Source: an uncultured bacterium
Lineage (GTDB): Bacteria; Oederibacteriota; CAKKQC01
Length of the DNA stretch: 43,481 nucleotides
NCBI GenBank assembly: GCA_964587525.1
Contig: CAZPLZ010000002.1
Span: 1-43,481, forward strand
Reading direction: 5' to 3'
Below the pieces are notes generated by a model, which was not told the DNA's origin, made no database searches, and saw only the letters and a program-made list of their open reading frames with translations. Shown here in pieces: positions 36,017 through 43,481 of the stretch. Position numbers and translations under genes: made by a program. The first letter of the stretch is position 1. The number at the start of each line of letters is the position of its first letter.

Positions 36017-38365
36017 TCAAAACAGGTCGTCCAGAAAGGGTTCGGCGAGTATGATTTCGCCTCCTGGAGCATCAGGCGACGTCAGATACCTGAAGGATGA
36101 ATTTTCCGCCATTTCCTCGAAAGTAACAGCATAGCGATGTGGGACACTTGCTTCTTGAGCCTCCTCCAGATTCATGTAGGGATCGTATGGCTCCAATTCC
36201 CTTTCAGTGAAGAGGATGAAGGGCACGCGCTGCTCACGGAGACGCCAGAGAATGCTCCGCTCTGATTCTGAGAAACTAGCAGCTAGTTTTGACAAGACTA
36301 CGAAACAGTCCACCCCCGATTTGCGAACGGCCTTTCTGACACGGAGCAGATTGGCAACATCGTCACGGGTGATGTCTTTGTTCTGCTTGCACTCTCCAAT
36401 AACCATTGTCGGCTCTCCCCATGAATCTACGTTCAAGACCGCGAAGTCCACTTCACACTTGAACCCGGGCACTTCCAGGTTCAAAGCAGTCGTGTACAGG
36501 AAGGTCCCAAATCCATGGTGCTCCCTGAGAAGTTGGAGAAGTGCCAGCACGACCGGTACCGAACCCTCTTGATGATTATCTCGACCGAACAGACCAGTAA
36601 GACGAAACCTCCAATCGCCTCTGCCTCGCAGTAGAGGTCCGATCAGAAAGGAGTGTCCGCAGTACTCACATACTGACCGTTCGCGCACGTTGTCAACTGG
36701 AAGCCAGTAGTTGAGTGTGCAATGTGGGCATTCGAGGATAAGCCCAGTTCTTAGTACCCTCCTACGCAACAGATAATCGAAGACATCCTGGGGATCGAGC
36801 TGAGGCTTTTCTCGCGGAACAATGTAGAGGTCCTTGTGTCTTTCAAATGAGGCCCTGCCATCAGGAGCGCGATCAATGATTGTCTGGACGGCTGCATTCC
36901 GGGCTATTCCCTCTCTTGCTGCGCGACCCTCGATGAGTCGCCGGACTCCGGTAATTTTGAATACCCGACACCCTTCCAGACCGCTCATCTGTTGGATAAG
37001 ACGCTCCGCGATCCTTCCTGGCTGACTCGGCTCAGCTTTCAGGCCGGCCCGCAGAAACACTTCCCCAATCAGAGAACGGAAACTAAGGGGTACGACCTGG
37101 AGGACATCATCCCGCAGATGCACGATTACGGAGATCCCATCGTGGCCCAGACGAAAGTTTCTTCGATCATGCAGAACATACTTGCCCAACTCAGCACTCA
37201 TGTCTGGTAAGTACGGTGGGTGCAAGGTGTGCCCCGTGTATTCATGCTCCCCGTACGCCTGGATTTGGGCAACTAGCAGTTGGCGTCCATCCTCATAGAT
37301 ATCCTCCCCCACCGCCGGCTTCTCAGGCAGTGCGAAAGTCGCGATGTAACCACCTTTCCCCCCCTGCTCTACATTCCCGAGCACAGTAGTCCGTTCAAAA
37401 ACGTAAGAAGGAGGAACAACGTTGAGCCCATTCCATGTCGCCTCTTCGACATGGCACATGGTCATGCGGGAACCTTCGGGCGCCAGCCCCTCACCAATTT
37501 CCTTCAGCAGCCCAACAGGAGAATCCTCCCCCGTATGCCAGACCCCAATCAGTGATTCGCTTTCCCCCCGCTGTTTCTGACGATCGTGCATATGTTGGAG
37601 GAATTCAACGACGTATCTCCTAACCCTGGCGTGGTGGCCGCGCGGAAGGAACGCCAACTTGATCCCTGACGCCCGCAGGTTCCAGAAGGAAATAAGATCT
37701 CTGGCACTCGCTGGGGCTCCCACGAAGACGCCGTCCATGCCGAACCATCCTCCCCGTCGGTTAGCATAGGCTGTGAGACTATCTCTCGAGACGCCCAGCG
37801 GCGTGACGCCACCAATGATATCCACCGGGATTTCTCCAGCGATTTCTACTACACGTGGCTTCATCGCCTTGAGATAGGCGTCAGCATAGTCCATGGGAGA
37901 CGATGGAAACCGGCCAAATTGAACAGTGAACATGCCGCCCAGCAGATCATCTGGTTTCCATTCGAAATGCAGGCAATTGCTTCTGGCATCTGGCCTCCGG
38001 AATTCCTCTTTCCAATAACGTCGGAAAATCGGGACGACATCAAGAACGCCCATCCGACCTCTATCGGAACCTTCCAGGAGGCCCGAGTCGTTAAGCCTCT
38101 CGGGCCATGTGAGCCATCTATGACGATCAAGGACGCCACTTACGTCCGCAGTAGCAACAACAGGATGTAGAACGTCCACCCCGAATGCATGAATGAGCTG
38201 GCCAATCTCTTCATCATTGCCAACTGCTATGAACGGGTTATAGATCCCACCCCACAATGCAGTGCTGATCTCCGCTGCCTTGAGGACATCCTCGACACAT
38301 GCCTCCCTAACGAGGAAGCCTATTCTGAGTGGTCGGTAGCCTACCGAGATGGACGCTGTTGCCAT
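36017..38365 (-). CDS. Hypothetical 782-aa protein with Zn-ribbon and C-terminal PD-(D/E)xK-like motif
   Basis: CPHCTLNYW...CEYCGH is a CxxC..CxxC pair, followed by EVDFAVLNVD...VIGECKQ (D..ExK). No motif was recognised in the N-terminal ~550 aa. Confidence 0.6.
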   Translation of the reverse strand: MATASISVGYRPLRIGFLVREACVEDVLKAAEISTALWGGIYNPFIAVGNDEEIGQLIHAFGVDVLHPVVATADVSGVLDRHRWLTWPERLNDSGLLEGSDRGRMGVLDVVPIFRRYWKEEFRRPDARSNCLHFEWKPDDLLGGMFTVQFGRFPSSPMDYADAYLKAMKPRVVEIAGEIPVDIIGGVTPLGVSRDSLTAYANRRGGWFGMDGVFVGAPASARDLISFWNLRASGIKLAFLPRGHHARVRRYVVEFLQHMHDRQKQRGESESLIGVWHTGEDSPVGLLKEIGEGLAPEGSRMTMCHVEEATWNGLNVVPPSYVFERTTVLGNVEQGGKGGYIATFALPEKPAVGEDIYEDGRQLLVAQIQAYGEHEYTGHTLHPPYLPDMSAELGKYVLHDRRNFRLGHDGISVIVHLRDDVLQVVPLSFRSLIGEVFLRAGLKAEPSQPGRIAERLIQQMSGLEGCRVFKITGVRRLIEGRAAREGIARNAAVQTIIDRAPDGRASFERHKDLYIVPREKPQLDPQDVFDYLLRRRVLRTGLILECPHCTLNYWLPVDNVRERSVCEYCGHSFLIGPLLRGRGDWRFRLTGLFGRDNHQEGSVPVVLALLQLLREHHGFGTFLYTTALNLEVPGFKCEVDFAVLNVDSWGEPTMVIGECKQNKDITRDDVANLLRVRKAVRKSGVDCFVVLSKLAASFSESERSILWRLREQRVPFILFTERELEPYDPYMNLEEAQEASVPHRYAVTFEEMAENSSFRYLTSPDAPGGEIILAEPFLDDLF

Positions 38366-38580
38366 GCATCCATTATGGCCGATCTAGAGCCAGGGCTCGT
38401 TTCCAGCGCCCCCTCATTAAACCGTACGTGACCCGGATGATTCTCTCTCCGCGATCATTCTCGGCTGACGCACGTCCATGGTGCCACCAAGTTAGCCCTC
38501 GTACACCATCCATTGGCACCGGATACCAAGGCCACGAAATCCTGGCGCGCGTTCCAAAATGAAGCTGTGCAGCACAAGAG

Positions 38581-38620
38581 AAAACCCGTGGGAGTTTTTC
38601 TTTCTCGCACGGGTTTTTGA
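38581..38620. terminator. Bidirectional intrinsic terminator-like hairpin
   Basis: AAAACCCGTG (38581-90) pairs with CACGGGTTTT (38608-17) across a 17-nt loop. There is a T-run on the plus strand (TTTTT) and on the minus strand (TTTT). Confidence 0.6.
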
Positions 38621-38646
38621 TGTGCCTCCGGTTATGCTTAGTTCGA

Positions 38647-38690
38647 GCGGGAGATGGGGATCGAACCAACGACTTTCACCTTGGCAAAAC
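38647..38690 (-). other. tRNA-Gly(GCC)-like 3' fragment (anticodon loop to acceptor 3' strand), probable att-site remnant
   Basis: The minus strand reads TTGCCAAGGTGAAAGTCGTTGGTTCGATCCCCATCTCCCGC+T. This gives a GCC anticodon loop, a GGTTCGATCC T-loop, a CTCCCGC acceptor strand and a U discriminator as in bacterial tRNA-Gly. There is no D-arm or 5' acceptor strand. Confidence 0.5.
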
Positions 38691-38703
38691 TGAGCAGGTC
38701 ACC

Positions 38704-39378
38704 CTACTTATCGCTTTCGCTTTTTTTATGGGGAAGCCGCCTTACTCCCTTTAGATTTCCATTTAAAACAAGACCCTCAATCCTCTCTCCTCGATCGAGC
38801 ACATCCTCGAATAGCCTTCGTTGTACAGACCTCGGTAGACCAACTTCCTCTGCCAATCGTATATAGTTACGGGCATTATTGATTTTTTTAGCTATGATGT
38901 CTTCTTTTTGCTCTTCGAGGTTCAACTTTCGCTTCTTCCTCTCTGTAAATAGAGTTGTAAGGTAGTAAACATAATTAACCAAGGGCGCAACTACATTGCC
39001 AATTCCCGTTACTATTAGGTCCCCAGGTGACCCATATCTGATCGAATGAACTTTTAGTTGCTCAGATGTATCGAATAATCGAAAACCCAACCCCCGCTGA
39101 TGCAATGCCCACCAGTACCGTCTAGCCCAGTATGGCCTCTGGGAATACCACGGAAGAAACTCCTCGAATTCATCTGAGTAGTCTTCCCACGACTTGTCGC
39201 CCAATGATTCCTTACGTTCAGCAGCTATTCTCTGGAGACGAAACTGCACTCGATACAAACTATCAATATCGAATAGGAAGGTCGCCATCTTTTCGGCAGA
39301 CCAATCCCCATCAATTTCTACGACCATTTGAGATTCTGAAAATTCTCGCTGCGAGAAGCTTCTTTGTTCTTCACTCAT
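38704..39378 (-). CDS. Hypothetical 224-aa protein
   Basis: Clean ORF with an ATG start, downstream of repeat B and the 639-aa gene on the same strand. No recognisable motif. Confidence 0.6.
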   Translation of the reverse strand: MSEEQRSFSQREFSESQMVVEIDGDWSAEKMATFLFDIDSLYRVQFRLQRIAAERKESLGDKSWEDYSDEFEEFLPWYSQRPYWARRYWWALHQRGLGFRLFDTSEQLKVHSIRYGSPGDLIVTGIGNVVAPLVNYVYYLTTLFTERKKRKLNLEEQKEDIIAKKINNARNYIRLAEEVGLPRSVQRRLFEDVLDRGERIEGLVLNGNLKGVRRLPHKKSESDK

Positions 39379-39431
39379 GTGGGCTTATATATCCCCGTAA
39401 GTTCCCAGCACTTTCAGGAGTTGTGTTCGAA

Positions 39432-39680
39432 CCAATACTTGCAGATGTTCATGATATTATAACTTCCGCCTTCCCTCTGTCCTCGGTGTGCCGAGATCTT
39501 GCGCAAAGAATGGAGTCGGTCATCATATTATCGTATTCTAGCGATCGGCAGATCATCCTGGTTTCAGATTCCTCCGCTTAGACCTCTTCCCTACCTCTCA
39601 CCAAGTTGCGAACAACTGCAGGTTGTCCTATCCGAATGCAATGATCAAACACCTCAAGACAATATGATGACTGACCCGAT
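39432..39680 (-). repeat. Extended intergenic repeat, copy B (core motif copy 3 + conserved block + degenerate X box)
   Basis: See copy A. This copy carries an extra ~24-nt insert with the hairpin CTCGG-TGTG-CCGAG (39482-39495). Confidence 0.85.
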
Positions 39681-39776
39681 TCCACTCGCTGCCATTCGTG
39701 TTCAGGAACGATGTGACCACGGACTGCGAGCGGCGCCCGTAGGTCTTCCTGGCCGTGAAGCGTAACATTGCTATGC

Positions 39777-41696
39777 TTAGGTCACGCCTACGACATTGTT
39801 TGTTGGAAACCTCCCCTGTCCTATCCTATCGATGATCTCCACAATTTCCTCGGGCCTACAGACTCGAGGCAGGTCTCGGAAGACCCACCATGATGAATCC
39901 CATGATGGAATCCACTCAGGAAACGGACAGCAGACTATTCCGACAATATTGTGAACACCTTCGGGAATACTAAAGTTTCTCCCAACGGGAGCTGAACCCA
40001 GTGCCATCGAGAGAGAATCAACCTGATCCACTGCCCCCCGAATCATCTTCGTCCGATCCCTCAAATCCTCTGGGTCTCCGGCAAACAAAAGTGCCCGCCT
40101 TCCGCCGAATGCCTTGGCCTCAACAAGAATGAGCCAGTCTTTGACAATAATCCCAACATCCAGATCGCGCGACTGACCCTTTCTAAATGTCAATCGTCGC
40201 ACTGCCCCTTCTCCGCACCACCACACCTGTCCACCGCGGCGCGGCACTTCATTACGAAGGTACTCAACGAGGACAGCCTCAAAATCCCGACCCTTCTCGA
40301 GAGCGAATGGTCCTGACCACCGGCCATACACCTCAAACCGGTCGAACATGAACTGCGCGACCATGGTCCAGTCAATCACCCAATCGTCCATGCTCAGCGG
40401 AAGAATGATCTTGAGCGGTGAGGAACGCAGGATATCCAGCGCTTTCCAATCGCTCCCTTTCCACATCAAATCCGTTAGAACGGACATTAACCGATTCAGG
40501 TCCTGGTCGGATTCAAAATGGTTACGATACTTGCATCGCATCCGCACAAACTTAGGAAGTATCTCCCTTCTAACTTTCTCACGTGCCTGAGACCATTTGC
40601 TGTATCCCCAGGTGGCGACCTGAAAAAGGAATACGTCGCGCCCCTCTCGATAATCTATTTCGTTTGCCGTAAGCGCTGCAAGGGCAAAGACGATATCTTC
40701 TGGTTCGTAGGGGTCAAGACCGGAGCGCTTGAGGCGTTTCTCAAACAGCCCGCCGCGCACAAGATCGATGCGTCCCAGCACGTCCTCCAGATCAAACCAA
40801 CAAAAGAGCCATGGAGGCGCAGCATCCTTATCAGCTAGCGCTGAAGGGGCCCATGGAGATACTGGTTTCTGTCCAGCAACGTTTGGAACAAGCGACACCA
40901 CGACCGGCACATCCTCGCCTAGACGCAGAGAGCCAGCAGTAACTGCTCTTGGCCAAGGATGAAGGGGCTCATACACTCCGCCAGGCAGTGGAAAATAGTA
41001 CGCGGGGGAAACATCTGCCCAGGACCCATACGCAAACAACGGGTTGCTGCCCAAGTTGACCCTCTCGTCGAAGAGATTCACTAGTCGTTGGTCGGGAGCA
41101 TCGAGACGAACGTCAAATGAATTGCCCTTGCGCTGCCGCCTGAATTTCCCACCCTTGCCTGCACGTTTCAGGCAGTAACGAGCTGACTCGTACTCCCAGA
41201 TCAGCCTACCGGCCGAGAGCAAATCAATGATGTCCTCGTCCGTCACCTTGCCAGGCACTGAGTATCCAGATGTATGCTTGAAACGAGGTCTTCGTTCCTG
41301 CATATCTCGCATCGAGTGGCCATGGCCATACTTCAGAAGCGCGAGAGTGAGGCGGTGGTTATACCAACCGATAGCGAGGCGTTCTCGCCGGAGGGTAGCC
41401 CAATTGGCCGTTGTCCAGTCAACTTTGCGGGCAAATCCCATCTGAAGTATCTGATGTAGCCGGCGGTAGTGATACAGCCAAAAGTACCGCGAGTGTCTTG
41501 AAAGCTGCTTACCGGCCTCCTGAAGGATCCTTGCCATGTAACGGCGCAAGGGTGCGATCACCACCTCGCCTGTTGTGCCATCCCTGATTTCCCGAAAGAG
41601 CTTACCGCGAAGCGCCGAGCATAGAGCGTTGACGCGCGCCTCAGCTACCGGGAACAATCTGTGAGTCACATCTAGCAGGTCATCTGTGGCTTTCAT
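39777..41696 (-). CDS. Hypothetical 639-aa protein with C-terminal PD-(D/E)xK/NERD-like motif
   Basis: GRDFEAVLVEYL ... DLDVGIIVKDWLILVEAKAF follows an E..D..ExK pattern. The N-terminal ~450 aa are unassignable. Confidence 0.6.
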   Translation of the reverse strand: MKATDDLLDVTHRLFPVAEARVNALCSALRGKLFREIRDGTTGEVVIAPLRRYMARILQEAGKQLSRHSRYFWLYHYRRLHQILQMGFARKVDWTTANWATLRRERLAIGWYNHRLTLALLKYGHGHSMRDMQERRPRFKHTSGYSVPGKVTDEDIIDLLSAGRLIWEYESARYCLKRAGKGGKFRRQRKGNSFDVRLDAPDQRLVNLFDERVNLGSNPLFAYGSWADVSPAYYFPLPGGVYEPLHPWPRAVTAGSLRLGEDVPVVVSLVPNVAGQKPVSPWAPSALADKDAAPPWLFCWFDLEDVLGRIDLVRGGLFEKRLKRSGLDPYEPEDIVFALAALTANEIDYREGRDVFLFQVATWGYSKWSQAREKVRREILPKFVRMRCKYRNHFESDQDLNRLMSVLTDLMWKGSDWKALDILRSSPLKIILPLSMDDWVIDWTMVAQFMFDRFEVYGRWSGPFALEKGRDFEAVLVEYLRNEVPRRGGQVWWCGEGAVRRLTFRKGQSRDLDVGIIVKDWLILVEAKAFGGRRALLFAGDPEDLRDRTKMIRGAVDQVDSLSMALGSAPVGRNFSIPEGVHNIVGIVCCPFPEWIPSWDSSWWVFRDLPRVCRPEEIVEIIDRIGQGRFPTNNVVGVT

Positions 41697-41711
41697 ACGC
41701 TAGCACTCACG

Positions 41712-41766
41712 GCGGGAATAGGGGACGCTCATAATATTAGAACTTTCGTCCCCCCCCCAGACGAAA
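41712..41766 (-). repeat. Core intergenic motif, copy 4 (intron-less), with adjacent TTTCGTC-C8A-GACGAAA hairpin
   Basis: The minus strand reads TTTCGTCTGGGGGGGGGACGAAAGTTCTAATATTATGAGCGTCCCCTATTCCCGCC. It ends 16 nt upstream of the 639-aa ATG. Confidence 0.8.
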
Positions 41767-41781
41767 CTGTTTCACGGTGTA

Positions 41782-41828
41782 AGGTATTTACATTCTCCAT
41801 TTCGGGATTATGAAACTTGTAAATACCT
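41782..41828. repeat. Perfect 11-bp inverted repeat (hairpin) downstream of nuclease 2
   Basis: AGGTATTTACA (41782-92) pairs with TGTAAATACCT (41818-28) across a 25-nt loop. Confidence 0.8.
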
Positions 41829-41846
41829 GATGCCAATTTAAATGAA

Positions 41847-43337
41847 TCACGACTCAAAGACATCTGTTGTAAGCCACCGGAAAACGGCCCATGTCGCATC
41901 AAGGTCCTCTTCGTTGTATACAAGAATGTCTGCGATAAAGTTTTTCCGTTGTTCCTCATCGTTCGTTTCAACCGCCTCAATGTACTTCGCCATAGCCCAA
42001 TTGCCGTTGGTTTCGGGGAGTGTTCTCTTGTATCCGATGTACTTTTCCACCACTTTCAAGCTATAGCTGCTAAGTGGAAGCACAACGCTAGCCTTCACAA
42101 TAGGCAGGAGGTCTAAGAGATTCGCTTCCACTCGTGCCGCAACACCTTCGGGGTCCCCATATCGCTCTACGTACTTACGTAGATTGGTCTTTTCATATGT
42201 AGCCCAATGAACAAATGGGATGTCCCCGTAACGGGAAAATATCTCGGCACTCTTCTTTAAAAATTCTTTCCAACATTCAACATCCGCATCGGCCCCGAAA
42301 GTAGCTGCGGCTGAAAGAAAATCGCTCGGTTGTTTCCCATAAACCTTCAACCCCCACAGATACATCTTTTCAAGTTCGTTGAGGTGAGATGGTAATCCCT
42401 CGATATCAGACATCACATAATTGGATGCGTTAGGTATCTGCGGAGGAATGAGTTTGATCATTTCTCCAGTTACGAGAGCTCGTGCATTCTTGATAGTTCG
42501 AGGTGCCGCTTTACCAACCTTTTGGGATTTTTGACCATAGGGCCGCTTAAAGTCCGTGAGGGTTTGATCGGTGAATGAATTCAGAAACTGGTCGATAGTC
42601 GTTATGTTTATTTCTTTAAGCGCGCTGGCGAGACCTTGATCCACTCCTGCTACGAGGGAAATGTCAGAGCGCTTCTCCGCCTCTGGCCAGCATTTCCATT
42701 TGTATTGGCGATTACTGCATTTGGACCAACCCACGGGAGAGTACGGGACTTTCTGGGATGTTTTCAGAGAGACAATGTGGGTAAGTAGTGTTAGAACATT
42801 CTTGCCCCCGTCATATGGAATATTGATGATATCCCCTGTGCCAGATAAGACTTCAAGAGCGAATGGTGGTCGGCCCGTAACTTGTTCGTAAAGCCAGCCA
42901 TACAGCTCGAGTTGTCGAAGAATTTCCGGATGGTCCTTCTCGCTTATGCGGCGCGAGATTTTTGCGTCCCGGATGCGATATCCGCTCTTTGCCAGAATCA
43001 TGAAATCAGGAACACCTACAACAACCCATTCTTTGCCATCGATAGAAAAAGGAGCACTCAGTACCCCCTGGTACAGCGCGTTGGCTTCTTCAAGCAAAAG
43101 TTTCTTTGTTTTCTCAATCCGTTGTGACTAATTTCCAACAGATACATCGATGATTGGTGTGATACTTTCTTTGTGCTGAAGTTCGTGTCGCTCTCCTAAC
43201 TTGCCAAGGACCTGCTCAAATGGACTCGGATCGGTTTCCTTGGTGTTGTGCTGCTTAAGGTAAACGCGCAGATCGCATTTCTCTGGTTGAAAGTAGGTAA
43301 TGACGTCTGAAGGACTGAGGTGACGTGTGTCACTCAT
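41847..43337 (-). pseudogene. Second TM0106-family RecB-like nuclease, interrupted by an in-frame TAG at 43128-43130
   Basis: ORFs 43128..43364 and 41847..43097 are in the same frame (43364-43097=267). The read-through is ...DVSVGN*SQRIEKTKKLLLEEANALYQG, colinear with nuclease 1. It has PD..DAK (GVPDFMIL...RIRDAK), MSDIEG and YNEEDLDA motifs. The likely start is ATG 43337 (MSDTRH, compare MSDNLS in nuclease 1). Confidence 0.75.
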
Positions 43338-43481
43338 TGGGCAATCCTCTGAAAATACATACACCCAGGTTCAAAATTCGGGAGGTATCTATCTAAATGA
43401 ATCATGTCCACAGGTTGTTGATTATAATCGCCGTGTTAGTCAAGAAAGGGCCGCTTCGGGTTCCTTGTTGGAAACCCGGTT

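Noticed and set aside
38647-38720. A full-length 74-nt tRNA on the minus strand
   Set aside because: Only the 3' ~45 nt fold like a tRNA. The putative 5' acceptor strand GCGAAAG pairs at 5 of 7 positions, there is no D-arm, and the 5' part overlaps the last codons of the 224-aa ORF.
21759-41766. Interpretation of the repeat-punctuated array as an integron cassette array, with the repeats as attC sites
   Set aside because: The GTT...AAC boxes occur in the wrong order (GTT first, AAC second on both strands). They do not fit the RYYYAAC/GTTRRRY cores, and there is no intI/attI in the window. The intron is co-oriented with the genes, unlike attC-type IIC introns. An unrelated recombination system cannot be excluded.
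1-43481. CRISPR arrays, rRNA genes, intact tRNA genes, transposase or integrase genes
   Set aside because: No regularly spaced short direct repeats, no rRNA-like stretches and no recombinase-like ORFs were found on either strand. The only mobile element supported is the group II intron.

Overview
The window has two compositional halves. All family calls come from reading motifs by eye; no searches were run.

(1) Positions 1 to ~15.85 kb are G+C-rich (roughly two-thirds by eye, with long antisense shadow ORFs) and carry backbone-type genes:
- a minus-strand glycan operon: GH10 xylanase > GT1 glycosyltransferase > lipoprotein > GH5/CBM6-like cellulase. The cellulase runs off the left edge and is missing from the ORF track.
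- a lactonase, a DUF5069-like protein, a glycerophosphodiesterase and a conserved hypothetical
- an NhaC-type antiporter, a threonine aldolase and the DEAD-box helicase RhlE
- a ThuA-like protein and a secreted haem-c/Vgb-like beta-propeller

(2) From ~15.9 kb to the right edge the DNA is visibly AT-richer and looks like an accessory island of defence/mobile character:
- a 1284-aa TPR + PIN-like protein whose 5' leader carries a complete 1,912-nt group II intron (19847-21758)
- a 6TM voltage-gated-type channel with a degenerate selectivity filter
- two diverged TM0106-type RecB-like nuclease paralogues, one with an in-frame TAG
- a two-gene operon of a DUF6978-like protein and a DUF1828/1829 protein
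- an XRE - RadC - UvrD/Cas4 helicase-nuclease block directly followed by a Type III R-M (mod, res). The res gene lacks a canonical start at its conserved N-terminus.
- orphan proteins of 782 and 639 aa with PD-(D/E)xK-like motifs, plus a 224-aa partner
- a tRNA-Gly 3' fragment next to a bidirectional terminator
- a family of conserved non-coding repeats that separate otherwise unrelated minus-strand genes: a ~35-45-bp TATAAT-containing core in 4 copies (extended to ~230-260 bp in 2 of them), and 25/28-nt direct repeats bracketing one nuclease gene. The intron sits exactly inside one core copy.

Best candidates for something undescribed:
- the repeat-punctuated minus-strand gene array (nuclease / 639-aa / 224-aa and relatives)
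- the RadC + helicase-nuclease module coupled to the Type III R-M
- the DUF6978-like/DUF1828-1829 pair
- the monocistronic 782-aa Zn-ribbon/nuclease protein

No rRNA, intact tRNA or CRISPR array was seen.
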